A DNA stretch of 64,000 nucleotides. Origin: Thermodesulfobacteriota bacterium (GTDB lineage: Bacteria; Desulfobacterota; Desulfobulbia; Desulfobulbales; SURF-16). Below the pieces are notes generated by a model. It was not told the DNA's origin, ran no database searches, and saw nothing but the letters and a program-made list of their open reading frames with translations. This document shows positions 48,739 through 58,979 of this stretch, one piece after another; within the stretch, counting starts at the first letter, position 1; every line of letters starts with the position of its first letter. Position numbers and translations under genes: made by a program. Location of the stretch: the NCBI GenBank assembly GCA_039715015.1, contig JBDLIE010000004.1:32001-96000 (forward strand). Direction: 5' to 3'.

Positions 48739-50490
48739 ATGAGTGACGATAAAATGAGCTTGCCCAGCGAAAAAGATTTGGAACGTGAGTTGGGTGATTA
48801 TCTCAGTAATAAATATGGTGGCCAGGTGAAGATAGTTTCTGCCGGAATGCTGCCCCTTGCCAAGAAAAAGGATGATGTGGAGCAGCAGGCCGAGCGCACT
48901 GAAGAAGAAGGGTTCAATTTCAACCTCAAGCCTGAAGAGCTGGTGCGCTACCTAGATGAGTATGTTGTGCAACAGGATGAGGCCAAGTCCGTGCTTGCCA
49001 CCAAAATATGCACCCATTTTAATCGAATTCGCCATGAGCTTGAAACAGGCCGGGCTGTAAAAAAACAGGTTGGAAGAATTAAGTCCAATGTCCTGCTTGT
49101 CGGCCCTACGGGTGTCGGAAAAACCTATCTGGTGAAGCTTATTGCCCGGCGGCTGGGTGTCCCTTTTGTGAAGGGTGATGCCACCAAGTTCAGTGAAACC
49201 GGTTATGTGGGCGGTGATGTTGAAGACCTGGTTCGTGATCTGGTCCGGGAGGCGGATGATGATATTGCCAAGGCAGAGTATGGCATCATCTACGTGGACG
49301 AGGTGGACAAGATTGCCGCCAGCTCCAATCGTCTTGGCGCTGATGTCTCCAGGGCCGGGGTGCAGCGTGCCTTTTTAAAACCCATGGAAGACACGGACGT
49401 GGAACTTAAGGTGCCCCATGATCCGGTCTCTCAGCTTGAGGCCATGGAGCATTACCGGTCCACAGGCAAACGGGAAAAAAAGGTGGTCAACACCCGAAAC
49501 ATCCTCTTTATCATGAGCGGTGCCTTTGCCGGTCTCACCGAGATTATCAGAAGGAGGAGTCATGAACACTCCATCGGTTTCGGCAGCAAGGTTGAATCGA
49601 AAGATGGCGGCAGCCGTTATTTTCAGGAGGTTATGGCTGAGGACCTTATCGCCTATGGCTTTGAAAGTGAATTCATCGGCCGCCTGCCTGTGGTCACCGC
49701 CTTAAACGACCTGAGCAAGGATGATTTTGTCCAAATTCTCTCCAAACATAATTCTGCCGTAGTTCTTGGTAAAAAGCAGGATTTTAATGCCTACGGGATC
49801 AAGCTCGGCTTCGAACAGGATGCCTTTGAGTCCATTGCCGCCAAGGCGGTCTTGGAAAAAACAGGGGCCAGGGGATTGCTCAGCGTTATGGAGAAGACCT
49901 TGCTGCCCTTTGAAAAAAGTCTACCCTCCACCTCTTTACGATATCTGGTATTGTCTGGGGCCATGGTTGAAGACCCGGTGGCAGCCCTAAGTGAAATGCT
50001 TGCCTCGCAAGAGAGCGATTATCACCAGCAACGCTATAATGAGTTGCGTTTGCAGGAACATGCCTGTCTTGTGGAAAATATTGAGGCTTCTAATGGTGAT
50101 TTCCTCCGTGAAGAGGGGGTCGAGATTACCCCGGAAAGACTGGAGATGATGGCAAGTTACTGCCTGGAAGAGTTTGTAGATGTCCGGGATGCCTGCCAAG
50201 ATTTCATCGAGATGATTCATCATATTCGTGATTATGCCGCCACGGTATCTGTGGACTGCAATATCAATATCTTTTTTGAAGAGGCGGCCATTGACCGTCT
50301 GATGGCAAAGAGCCGTTTGACAATTTCTTCGGTGAATGAGGTCTGTCAGGACGTTTTTGCCGCCCTTGATTATGGTTTGCGATTGATTGGCCAGAAAAGG
50401 CTTGACGGTGAACTCATCATTCCGGTAGAGGGGGTGGAGTCGCCTGAAACCTTTATTAACGAAGTTCTTGATGAGAATTTTAAGTTATAA
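48739..50490 (+). CDS. ClpX-like AAA+ ATPase lacking the zinc-binding domain, with C-terminal extension
   Basis: GPTGVGKT, ETGYVG, YVDEVDKI, SIGF, EFIGRLP, TGARGL. Confidence 0.85.
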   Translation: MSDDKMSLPSEKDLERELGDYLSNKYGGQVKIVSAGMLPLAKKKDDVEQQAERTEEEGFNFNLKPEELVRYLDEYVVQQDEAKSVLATKICTHFNRIRHELETGRAVKKQVGRIKSNVLLVGPTGVGKTYLVKLIARRLGVPFVKGDATKFSETGYVGGDVEDLVRDLVREADDDIAKAEYGIIYVDEVDKIAASSNRLGADVSRAGVQRAFLKPMEDTDVELKVPHDPVSQLEAMEHYRSTGKREKKVVNTRNILFIMSGAFAGLTEIIRRRSHEHSIGFGSKVESKDGGSRYFQEVMAEDLIAYGFESEFIGRLPVVTALNDLSKDDFVQILSKHNSAVVLGKKQDFNAYGIKLGFEQDAFESIAAKAVLEKTGARGLLSVMEKTLLPFEKSLPSTSLRYLVLSGAMVEDPVAALSEMLASQESDYHQQRYNELRLQEHACLVENIEASNGDFLREEGVEITPERLEMMASYCLEEFVDVRDACQDFIEMIHHIRDYAATVSVDCNINIFFEEAAIDRLMAKSRLTISSVNEVCQDVFAALDYGLRLIGQKRLDGELIIPVEGVESPETFINEVLDENFKL

Positions 50491-50503
50491 AAACAGAATG
50501 TAA

Positions 50504-50591
50504 AGAAGTTAGAGAAATAGAGACGGTAAAGAAGTCAAAGACCTTCCACCGATACTCTAACTCCTTTAACTTCTCTATTTCTCTAACTTCT
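50504..50591. repeat. Intergenic 20 bp perfect inverted repeat with 9-nt periodicity
   Basis: AGAAGTTAGAGAAATAGAGA and TCTCTATTTCTCTAACTTCT, with further degenerate 9-mers between. Confidence 0.75.
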
Positions 50592-50611
50592 GCAAAAAAA
50601 GGAGCCCCCCC

Positions 50612-51586
50612 ATGGTTTTTCCTGAATATCGTCCCCGCCGGTTACGCCGGAACGCTCAGCTGCGTTCCCTGGTCAGAGAAACACGACTTTCGCCGGAACA
50701 GTTTATCTATCCGCTTTTTGTCATGGCCGGCAAGGGTAAAAGAGAGGAAGTTCCCTCCATGCCCGGGGTTTTCCGGATGAGTGTCGATCAGCTCGGTGCT
50801 GAGGCCAAGGAATTGCTGGGGCTCGGCATCCAACATGTTATCCTCTTTGGCTTGCCTGAGAAAAAGGATGCCGCCGGATCCGGCGCTCATGCCAAGGGCG
50901 GCATTATTCAGAGTGCCATCAAAGAGCTTAAGGACAAGGCGCCTCAGCTTATGGTTTCAACGGATGTCTGCATGTGTGAGTACACCGATCACGGTCATTG
51001 CGGCATCCTTGAAGGTGGCCATGTCAATAATGACGCCACCCTTGAGATACTCGCCAAAATCGCCCTGTCCCACGCCCAGGCCGGTGCTGATATTGTCGCA
51101 CCCTCTGATATGATGGATGGCCGGGTCGCCGAGATCAGGGCGGCGCTCGACGAAAATAATTTCGACATGGTACCCATCATGAGCTATGCGGTGAAGTATG
51201 CCTCGGCCTTTTACGGCCCTTTCCGCGATGCAGCTGAGTGCGCACCCCAGGAGGGCGACAGGCAGGGTTATCAGATGGACCCAGGCAATAGCCGCGAGGC
51301 CTTGCGGGAGGCCACCTTGGATGTTGATGAGGGCGCCGATATTTTGATGGTCAAGCCTGCTGTGGCCTATCTTGATATCATCCGCTCTCTGCGTGATGAG
51401 TTTGATCTACCCATTGCCGCTTACCATGTCAGTGGCGAGTATGCCATGATCAAGGCGGCAGCAGCCAACGGCTGGATTGACGGCGAGCGGGTCATGCATG
51501 AAACCCTGCTCTCCATCACCCGGGCCGGAGCCGATATTATCATCACCTATGGCGCCAAAGAGATGGCCAAGCTTCTTAACGGCTGA
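50612..51586 (+). CDS. hemB: Porphobilinogen synthase (Zn-type)
   Basis: [32 protein letters not shown]. Confidence 0.97.
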   Translation: MVFPEYRPRRLRRNAQLRSLVRETRLSPEQFIYPLFVMAGKGKREEVPSMPGVFRMSVDQLGAEAKELLGLGIQHVILFGLPEKKDAAGSGAHAKGGIIQSAIKELKDKAPQLMVSTDVCMCEYTDHGHCGILEGGHVNNDATLEILAKIALSHAQAGADIVAPSDMMDGRVAEIRAALDENNFDMVPIMSYAVKYASAFYGPFRDAAECAPQEGDRQGYQMDPGNSREALREATLDVDEGADILMVKPAVAYLDIIRSLRDEFDLPIAAYHVSGEYAMIKAAAANGWIDGERVMHETLLSITRAGADIIITYGAKEMAKLLNG

Positions 51587-51661
51587 TTAACTTTTCCCCA
51601 TCCTGTCCAAACAAACAGGGTGGGGGAGAGCTGCTCTGTGCGGATGCTCTTTCTTGAGTCT

Positions 51662-52561
51662 CTATCCCACAGTCAGGCGATTACGGCCTGCTTTTTTGCT
51701 TTCATAAAGCAGGGTGTCTGCCCGTTTCACAAGGCTGGCAATGGTGTCGTCGTTGCTGACCATGGTGGCCCCTAATGAGATGGTGACTTGCAGTTTGTCT
51801 TTGCCGTGGTGAAGGTAAGAGTTTTGAACAAGGATCCGGAGTTTATTGCCAAGGTGCAGGAGATCCTTGTCCTGGATATTACGGATGATGCCGATAAATT
51901 CCTCCCCACCCCATCGGCCATACAAATCAAAGGGCCGAGAAGATTTGATAAAGGTCTGGGATACGAATTTTAAAACATTATCTCCCACATCATGGCCATA
52001 GGTGTCATTGAATATTTTGAAATTATCAATGTCAATGAAGAGAATGCCAAAGGAAATTTCAAAGCGTTTCTTTTCCTGAAGCCTCCCCTCCAGCTCTTTT
52101 TCTATATAGTTCCTGTTGGCCAGCTGGGTCAGTTTGTCCAGCATGGCCATTTTCTCAAGCTCTTTTATCCGCAGTTCACTGGCCTTCTGGTTGCTGATGT
52201 CGGTGAATAGCTCCACGCCGCCGATAGTATTGCCAAGATCGTCCTTAACAGCACTGATGCGTACCGAGACCGGAACGCGGTGGCCATCTTTGTGGTGTAA
52301 ATAGACCTCAGCTTCACGAGGTTTACCGTCTGCGATGGTCTTGGCCAAGGGGCAGAGGTCAAGGCAGAGAGATTGTCCATCTTCGTCCACATGGGTCAGG
52401 ATATTCTCCGCGCATGATTTGCCAATGACCTCATCAGCACTAAATCCTGAGATCTGTTCAGCGGCCTTGTTCCAGTAGGTTATTATTCTCTTGGTATCGA
52501 CCAAATATAGGCCATCATAAAGGTTGTCGATAATTGCGGAGTAGGACGGGGAAAACATCAT
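51662..52561 (-). CDS. PAS-GGDEF diguanylate cyclase (start ATG 52561 or TTG 52597)
   Basis: PAS (WNKAAEQISG), DIDNFK.FND.YGH..GD, RPFD I-site, GGEEF. Confidence 0.9.
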   Translation of the reverse strand: MMFSPSYSAIIDNLYDGLYLVDTKRIITYWNKAAEQISGFSADEVIGKSCAENILTHVDEDGQSLCLDLCPLAKTIADGKPREAEVYLHHKDGHRVPVSVRISAVKDDLGNTIGGVELFTDISNQKASELRIKELEKMAMLDKLTQLANRNYIEKELEGRLQEKKRFEISFGILFIDIDNFKIFNDTYGHDVGDNVLKFVSQTFIKSSRPFDLYGRWGGEEFIGIIRNIQDKDLLHLGNKLRILVQNSYLHHGKDKLQVTISLGATMVSNDDTIASLVKRADTLLYESKKAGRNRLTVG

Positions 52562-52646
52562 CGTCTGCTCTCGCAATTGTGGATTTGTTTTCTTCAATAT
52601 TTTGGCACCATGTAATTGTAGTCTGTTGTCGGAATGAATGTTCTTG

Positions 52647-53531
52647 TCATAGTATTCCAGAGCCCTTCATCAACACAAGTTCTCCTTTGTTTACAGAGAT
52701 ATTGCTCTGTTGGTAGATGTGGGAGCCAACAATGGGACATTTAACCGTAAGTAAAAAATAAAGAGGTGCTGTCACCTCTGAAAGAGTCTCGTAATTACCC
52801 TGACCTTTGCTGAGGATAAGATCTGCATCAGCAAAAATGTCTTGAAACTCTTTGGGACAGCTTGAAAGAGGGGTGCCTGGGCAACCTGTGCCATTGCTTA
52901 TAACCCGACAGAGATTAGTAAGTCCGCAGTCGTGAGCGTCTTTTAGTAAGGCGTCATTGATGATGGGGTTCTCTTTGACCACAAAGGTAATTTCTTTACC
53001 CGGTAATAGATGCTGAATTGTTTCAATAACCAGCCGGTCAAAAATTATCTCACCGGCGTTGTCCCCCAGATAAAGAATGCGAGAACTCATCTCGAGGTCT
53101 TGGCGTAATTTTGTGTAATCGTTGATGGCAAGGGGACTGGTGAGACATTTTCTGATGGCTTGTTCGGCATCAAAATCCTGTTGGGAGCCATAGTCAATAA
53201 TATTGCCGGCAATGGAGAAGATGATGGCGGTAAAGATGGGGTCTGGGCTTTCAGTAATAGATTTATTGATTTCTGCCATCAAGCCAAGGGCAAAATTGTT
53301 TGATTGGTCTTTAAGGGACAAGAAGGGGTCGGAACATCCTGACAGCCGGGCAATGGTCTCATAAACCGGGATGGAATTTTCAGGTGGAGATTTTTCTAAA
53401 TCAAGGCCGGGCAGGAGGCGGGCAATGGTATTGAGAATTTCTTTTTGCAGATTTGTATCGTCTGTGCTGAGGGAGGCGGCCTTAATGGTTTGCTGAAGAA
53501 AGCAGGGCAGGCAGGGCAGGCTTGATTTCAT
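52647..53531 (-). CDS. DUF89/ARMT1-like damage-control phosphatase
   Basis: CLPCF, GNIIDYG, DNAGEI.FD, IINDA, SKGQGNYE, VKC. Confidence 0.88.
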   Translation of the reverse strand: MKSSLPCLPCFLQQTIKAASLSTDDTNLQKEILNTIARLLPGLDLEKSPPENSIPVYETIARLSGCSDPFLSLKDQSNNFALGLMAEINKSITESPDPIFTAIIFSIAGNIIDYGSQQDFDAEQAIRKCLTSPLAINDYTKLRQDLEMSSRILYLGDNAGEIIFDRLVIETIQHLLPGKEITFVVKENPIINDALLKDAHDCGLTNLCRVISNGTGCPGTPLSSCPKEFQDIFADADLILSKGQGNYETLSEVTAPLYFLLTVKCPIVGSHIYQQSNISVNKGELVLMKGSGIL

Positions 53532-53532
53532 C

Positions 53533-54276
53533 TCATTTGTCCTTTTCATGCAATGAATGATCAAGGAGATAGTCAGTCTTGACGTTGCCCAAGGCCGCGA
53601 AAATTGTGCCCATGAGCTGAGGGTCTTGTTCGTAAAGTTTAGCCATCATCTCACGGATAGTCTGCCTTTTTGTGCTTTCTGTCAGGGGGCAAGGGTTGGC
53701 AACTGGGGAGAGGTCGAAAAGGTCGGCCACCTCTTGGACCTGTTTTTTCTGCAAAAAGGCCAGGGGGCGGATAATGGCAAGCTTGCCGTTAAAAAGATCC
53801 TGCCGGGGCACCATGGTGGAGAGATTTCCTCCGTAAAAAAGGTTTATGAAAAAAGTCTCAATGATGTCTTCCTTATGGTGGCCAAGGGCCAGTTTGGTGC
53901 AGCCCTTTTCTTTGCCAATATTAAAAAGCTGAGTCCGGCGGTTGCGGGCGCAATGAAAACAGGCTGAGGAATTTCCCCCTTGCAACGCCTCTTTGCCAAT
54001 GGTGGTCTTGATGATTTCATACGGTATGCCGATAGCGGCCAGCTCCTTATCCACAAGCTTATGCTCCCCGGAGCCAAAGCCCATATCAAGATGGACAGCC
54101 TCAATTTTGTAAGAGATAGGAGCTTTTTTTTGCCAGAGTTTGAGGGTGGCAGTCAGGACCAGACTGTCTACTCCTCCGGAAACAGCAACCAAGACATGAT
54201 CACCATCCCTCAACATCTGATACGCATGCATGGCCTGACCAATGAGGCGATTAATTGAGTTTGGCAGGTGGAGCAT
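53533..54276 (-). CDS. TtcA-family PP-loop tRNA thiolation protein
   Basis: SGGVDS, CFHCAR.RR, LGHH..D..ET, IRPL. Confidence 0.82.
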   Translation of the reverse strand: MLHLPNSINRLIGQAMHAYQMLRDGDHVLVAVSGGVDSLVLTATLKLWQKKAPISYKIEAVHLDMGFGSGEHKLVDKELAAIGIPYEIIKTTIGKEALQGGNSSACFHCARNRRTQLFNIGKEKGCTKLALGHHKEDIIETFFINLFYGGNLSTMVPRQDLFNGKLAIIRPLAFLQKKQVQEVADLFDLSPVANPCPLTESTKRQTIREMMAKLYEQDPQLMGTIFAALGNVKTDYLLDHSLHEKDK

Positions 54277-54394
54277 GGAGTAAAAAGGGTATTTTAAGGA
54301 GTCAGGAGGTTGAAGAGGAGTGTAAGAAAACGAATTTGTTAGCTGCTCTTTCTGGCAGCAGGAAAAAGGACCTGGCAGGCGGCAAGAATAGAGG

Positions 54395-55036
54395 TCATTC
54401 AGCGGCTAGATAAACGCAGGCGCCGAATTTACTCTCCACCCCTTCCCGCAGTAGGGCGTCAGCAGAAACAAATTCGAATTTGCGTTTAGAGGCCTTGCCA
54501 AAGGAGAGAAGATCGGAGAAGAGGGTCTTTTGGGTTTCTTCATAAGTCCCCTTGCACAGGGTCTTGCCGCTTTTCAGGTGGATAAGGCTGTAATCGAAAC
54601 TCACGGAGGCTGGTTCATTGGCACCATATTTCTTGCCGTCCAGCTTTCTGTATCTGATGAGTTGGGTAATCAGTACGGCATCCCCTTTGGCCTGCATGCC
54701 TATATAACGGGCTCTTTTGCGGAGGTTGCCGATAAAGGTGCCGGTGAGAGATTCTTGCTGCATGACAGAGAGAATGTTGACGTTCTCCTTCATGGCAAAA
54801 TACTCGGCAATAATGGTACTTAACTGCCTGCTGCCTTCTGTGAGATTATGGGCCTCAGTACTGCCGCTTTCATGCTCTGTGGAGTCAAATTCGCTTTGTA
54901 AAATGACAATGGAATTCAGGGTCAGATCGTCCGGATCGCTTTTGCCCATTTCAGGACTTGGTTGCGATGTCTGGGCAGCACAGGCTGTCAAAAGAGAGAG
55001 TGTGAAAGCAAGGAGAAAACCACGTGGTCGAATCAT
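54395..55036 (-). CDS. Lipoprotein of unknown function
   Basis: Lipobox LTAC after a hydrophobic signal. Confidence 0.7.
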   Translation of the reverse strand: MIRPRGFLLAFTLSLLTACAAQTSQPSPEMGKSDPDDLTLNSIVILQSEFDSTEHESGSTEAHNLTEGSRQLSTIIAEYFAMKENVNILSVMQQESLTGTFIGNLRKRARYIGMQAKGDAVLITQLIRYRKLDGKKYGANEPASVSFDYSLIHLKSGKTLCKGTYEETQKTLFSDLLSFGKASKRKFEFVSADALLREGVESKFGACVYLAAE

Positions 55037-55062
55037 GACTGTTCCCGAGAAGGTTGACAGGG

Positions 55063-55662
55063 TTATAATGTACCTTTTGAGGAAAGGGTACCTTGGACTC
55101 TTGGGTCAACGGAAGTGGCTTGATCAAGGGTTCTACCAAGGGCCTTAAAAATTGCCTCGATTATATGGTGCGTATTACTACCATATTTCACTTCCACATG
55201 AAGTGTCAATCCACAGTTAAAGGCAAAGGCCCTCAGGAATTCTTGGACCATGGTGGTGTCAAAGGAGCCGGATTTCTGATCCAAGGCAACAACATCGTAA
55301 TGAAGAAAAGGTCTGTTGGAAAAATCCATGGTAACCCGGGCCAGAGTTTCATCCATGGGCAGGGCAAAATTCCCGTAACGACTTATAGAGGAAAAATCAC
55401 CTAAGGCTTCTTTAAAGGCCTGACCAAGACAGATGCCGATGTCTTCGACGGTATGATGGTCATCGATTTCAACATCACCTGAGGCCTTCAGGGTAAGGTT
55501 GAAGAATCCGTGGACAGCAAGAAGGGTGAGCATATGGTCAAAGAAAGGGACAGCTGTACTGATGTCTGCCTTTCCCTTGCCGTCAAGAGAAAGCTCAAGA
55601 TTGATAGAGGTTTCTTTGGTTGTTCTGGTAATGATACTTGTACGGGTGGGGGCAGAAGCCAT
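55063..55662 (-). CDS. hisB: Imidazoleglycerol-phosphate dehydratase (monofunctional)
   Basis: RTTKET, FFDHML, DDHHTVED, PMDE, NTHHIIE, SSKG. Confidence 0.96.
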   Translation of the reverse strand: MASAPTRTSIITRTTKETSINLELSLDGKGKADISTAVPFFDHMLTLLAVHGFFNLTLKASGDVEIDDHHTVEDIGICLGQAFKEALGDFSSISRYGNFALPMDETLARVTMDFSNRPFLHYDVVALDQKSGSFDTTMVQEFLRAFAFNCGLTLHVEVKYGSNTHHIIEAIFKALGRTLDQATSVDPRVQGTLSSKGTL

Positions 55663-55871
55663 GGCTTTACTTACTCCGAAATTATTAAGGAAGTGGAATG
55701 TGCCTATATAATGATGTAAGGATATGTTTTCTTTCCTCATTCTTATACCAGCATCCTTAAGAGTGTCGCAAGGACAAGATAGGAATATCAAGGAAAAAGG
55801 GGTCTGGGAAAACCCTGGTGGACAAAGTGTTAGACGGCCCTTTTCATGACAGGGAAACCGTAAATTTTTTA

Positions 55872-55900
55872 TTGACAAGGGTAACGAGTTCCGATATAAC
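55872..55900 (+). promoter_or_regulatory. Sigma70 promoter for tRNA-Gly/rplM-rpsI
   Basis: TTGACA-17 bp-TATAAC with an AT-rich upstream element. Confidence 0.75.
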
Positions 55901-55933
55901 TCCCCCTGTTTCGCACTACTAGACAGTAAATAG

Positions 55934-56009
<76 letters not shown>

Positions 56010-56123
56010 TATATACATTAATAAGGTTCGAAGGCTCTTCGAGCCTTTTTTCGTCATAGAAACTGGTATGATCCGGGTCTCCCTGGGTTGGCTTGTTTCT
56101 ATATTATTTTAGAGGAAAGTATC

Positions 56124-56552
56124 ATGACCACTTACCTGACACCGGTCAAAGAAATTGAGCATAAATGGTATGTCGTTGACGCCCAGAGCTTGGTTCTCGG
56201 TCGTCTCGCATCTGAGATCGCTACCCGTTTGCGTGGCAAGCACAAGCCTAACTATTCAACATTTCAGGATGTTGGCGATTTTGTTGTTGTTGTTAATGCC
56301 GATAAAGTTAGATTGACTGGTCGCAAGCTTGAAAACAAAATATACTATCATCATTCCGGTTATATTGGCGGCCTGAAAGAGTGTACAGCCCAGGAACTCC
56401 TCGATAAGGATCCTGAGCAAGTCGTTTACACGGCCGTAAAAGGAATGCTTCCAAAAAATTCCCTTGGTCGTACTCAGTTAAAGAAACTAAAGGTATATGC
56501 TGGCGAAAACCATCCCCATGAATCCCAGCAGCCTGAAGAGCTCAAGTTATAG
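56124..56552 (+). CDS. rplM: 50S ribosomal protein L13
   Basis: [34 protein letters not shown]. Confidence 0.97.
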   Translation: MTTYLTPVKEIEHKWYVVDAQSLVLGRLASEIATRLRGKHKPNYSTFQDVGDFVVVVNADKVRLTGRKLENKIYYHHSGYIGGLKECTAQELLDKDPEQVVYTAVKGMLPKNSLGRTQLKKLKVYAGENHPHESQQPEELKL

Positions 56553-56563
56553 GCCGGAGAAGA

Positions 56564-56962
56564 ATGATGTCTGAACAGAAATTCTATGCAACTGGAAAGC
56601 GTAAATCTGCAATTGCCCGCGTTTGGCTCACTGCCGGAGATGGCAGCGTTGTTGTGAACAAGAAGCATACAATGGCCGAGTATTTTGGCGGATCCATTGA
56701 CGAGCGTCTTATCCTGAAGCCCTTCGCCCTCACCGATACCAGTGACAAGTTCAACGTCATGGTAACCCTGAAAGGCGGCGGCAAGTCTGCCCAGTCCGAG
56801 GCCCTGCGGCATGGCATTTCAAAGGCACTTACTGAGATTGACCCGGAAAACCGTGGTACCCTTAAAAAGGCTGGTATGTTGACCCGTGATTCCCGCGTGA
56901 AGGAACGTAAGAAGTACGGACAGAAAGGTGCCCGTGCCCGTTTCCAGTTCTCCAAGCGTTAA
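56564..56962 (+). CDS. rpsI: 30S ribosomal protein S9
   Basis: [30 protein letters not shown]. Confidence 0.98.
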   Translation: MMSEQKFYATGKRKSAIARVWLTAGDGSVVVNKKHTMAEYFGGSIDERLILKPFALTDTSDKFNVMVTLKGGGKSAQSEALRHGISKALTEIDPENRGTLKKAGMLTRDSRVKERKKYGQKGARARFQFSKR

Positions 56963-57000
56963 AAAAATCCAGCCTGGTTGCTGGTTTTATATTCTTACAC

Positions 57001-57041
57001 AAGGGAAGAGTGATTTTCGGGTCACTTTTCCCTTTTTTTTT
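57001..57041 (+). terminator. Intrinsic terminator after rpsI
   Basis: GGGAAGAGTGA..TTCG..TCACTTTTCCC then T9. Confidence 0.8.
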
Positions 57042-57103
57042 GCCGAGCAGCATTGTCGTTGCCGTTTTGCTGCATCGGCTTTTCAAGATGATAGGTGCAG
57101 ACC

Positions 57104-58141
57104 ATGTACAAAATTGGAATTGTTGGCGCTTCAGGCTATACAGGCGTCGAGTTGGCCAGACTGCTGGCCAATCATCCTGATGTGGAGCTTACTGTTGCCA
57201 CCTCACGGCAATATGCCGGCCAGAAACTTTCAGATGTTTACCCAAACTTGCGCGGGATTACGGATATTGTTCTGGAAGATGTGGTAATAGAGGATCTCGT
57301 CCAAAGGGCGGATCTTTTTTTTACGGCTGTGCCCCACCAGACGGCGATGAATATCGTTCCTGCTTTTCTTGAGGCCGGCAAGAAGGTGGTCGATCTCAGT
57401 GCTGATTTTCGCATTGACGATGCCGATGTGTATGAAAAATGGTACCAGGCCCATATTGCTCAAGAGTATCTTGCCGAGGCTGTCTACGGTCTGCCGGAAA
57501 TCAACCGTGACAAGATCAAAGGCGCACGGCTGGTGGCCAATCCAGGCTGCTACCCGACTAGTATTATCATGGGCCTGGCTCCCCTCTTGAAAAACGGTAT
57601 TGTTGACCCTGCTTCCATCATTGCCGATTCAAAATCAGGTACTTCCGGGGCTGGACGAGGTGCAAGTACTGCGACGCTCTACTGTGAAGTAACCGACGGT
57701 TTTAAGGCCTATAAGGTGGGTGGCCATCGCCACACTCCGGAAATTGAACAAGAGATTTGTAAACTTGCCGCACAGGGAGTTACGGTCTCTTTTACTCCCC
57801 ATCTTGTTCCCATGGTCCGCGGCATTTTAAGTACCGTCTATGCCGGGTTGGTAAAGGATGTCAGTCAGGCTGAAGTAGATAGCCTGTACCAGGAGTTTTA
57901 TAAGGATGAGCGTTTTGTAAGACCCTGTACTCCTGGGACCTTTCCTGCTACTCAGTTTGTCCGCGGTAGTAATTATTGCGATATCGGCTGCAAGGTGGAT
58001 CCGCGCACCAAGAGGGTGGTCATCGTTTCTGCCATTGATAACTTGGTGAAAGGTGCTGCCGGACAGGCCGTTCAGAACATGAATCTTGTTCTTGGCCTTG
58101 AAGAGTCTGCCGGCCTCGGTGTTGTGCCTCTTTTTCCATAA
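57104..58141 (+). CDS. argC: N-acetyl-gamma-glutamyl-phosphate reductase
   Basis: [43 protein letters not shown]. Confidence 0.97.
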   Translation: MYKIGIVGASGYTGVELARLLANHPDVELTVATSRQYAGQKLSDVYPNLRGITDIVLEDVVIEDLVQRADLFFTAVPHQTAMNIVPAFLEAGKKVVDLSADFRIDDADVYEKWYQAHIAQEYLAEAVYGLPEINRDKIKGARLVANPGCYPTSIIMGLAPLLKNGIVDPASIIADSKSGTSGAGRGASTATLYCEVTDGFKAYKVGGHRHTPEIEQEICKLAAQGVTVSFTPHLVPMVRGILSTVYAGLVKDVSQAEVDSLYQEFYKDERFVRPCTPGTFPATQFVRGSNYCDIGCKVDPRTKRVVIVSAIDNLVKGAAGQAVQNMNLVLGLEESAGLGVVPLFP

Positions 58142-58144
58142 TCC

Positions 58145-58954
58145 ATGCGTAATATCAAGCTTCTCATTAGTTTTGACGGCACCGATTTCTGTGGTTGGCA
58201 GCGCCAGCAAAATCTGCCGACAGTACAAGGTCTTATTGAAGAGACGCTTGCCATTATCTGTAATCAATCCATTATATTACATGGGGCAGGGCGCACCGAC
58301 AGCGGTGTACATGCCCTGGGTATGGTTGCAAATTTTTTGACCAGTTCAGATATTGCTTGCTCCGGTCTGCAAAAAGGGCTTAATAGTCTGTTGCCTGAGG
58401 CGATTCGGATTCTGGCCGTGGATGATGTTGGGCAAGATTTCCATGCCAGAAAAAGTGCCCGGGCCAAAACATATTGGTACCATTTTTCAACTGAACCCAT
58501 GGTTCTTGCCACAAGTAGGCTCTATGTCACTTCTCTGCCCGGTCCTTTTGACGGTAAAGAGGTGGGAAGATGTCTTAAGACTATCTTGGGTAACCATGAT
58601 TTCTCCTCTTTTGAGGCCACGGGTTCCAGGGATATAAGCCGGACATCGGGGCGGGGAGCGGTGCGCACTATTTTAGATGCTTCCCTGGTTCTGGGCCAAA
58701 ATCCTCACCAGTTCAAACTGATGTTGCGTGGGGATGGATTTCTGCGTAAAATGGTGCGCAATATTGCTGGTACGTTGTTTGAGGTTGGTCAGGGACGGAT
58801 GACTGCACAACAGTTTCTAGAAGTTCTTGAGGCCAAAGACCGCAACCTGGCAGGACCAACCGCACCGGCATGTGGTCTTTTTTTGAGTCATATTGAGTAT
58901 GACGGGACTGAGGCAGCGAATTCAGCTCCTGTTGCTAACAATAAATTAAAATAA
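58145..58954 (+). CDS. truA: tRNA pseudouridine(38-40) synthase
   Basis: FDGTDFCGWQ, AGRTDSGVHA, FLRKMVR, TAPACGL. Confidence 0.96.
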   Translation: MRNIKLLISFDGTDFCGWQRQQNLPTVQGLIEETLAIICNQSIILHGAGRTDSGVHALGMVANFLTSSDIACSGLQKGLNSLLPEAIRILAVDDVGQDFHARKSARAKTYWYHFSTEPMVLATSRLYVTSLPGPFDGKEVGRCLKTILGNHDFSSFEATGSRDISRTSGRGAVRTILDASLVLGQNPHQFKLMLRGDGFLRKMVRNIAGTLFEVGQGRMTAQQFLEVLEAKDRNLAGPTAPACGLFLSHIEYDGTEAANSAPVANNKLK

Positions 58955-58979
58955 TTTTTCTTCTCTAAAAGGTAGAGCA

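Noticed and set aside
52603..52620. Sigma54 -24 element TTGGCAC
   Set aside because: No properly spaced TTGC -12, and it points antisense to the local genes.
55663..55878. 72-aa N-terminal extension of HisB in the ORF track
   Set aside because: Runs across the divergent promoter region; the GGAG RBS and HisB similarity begin at ATG 55662.
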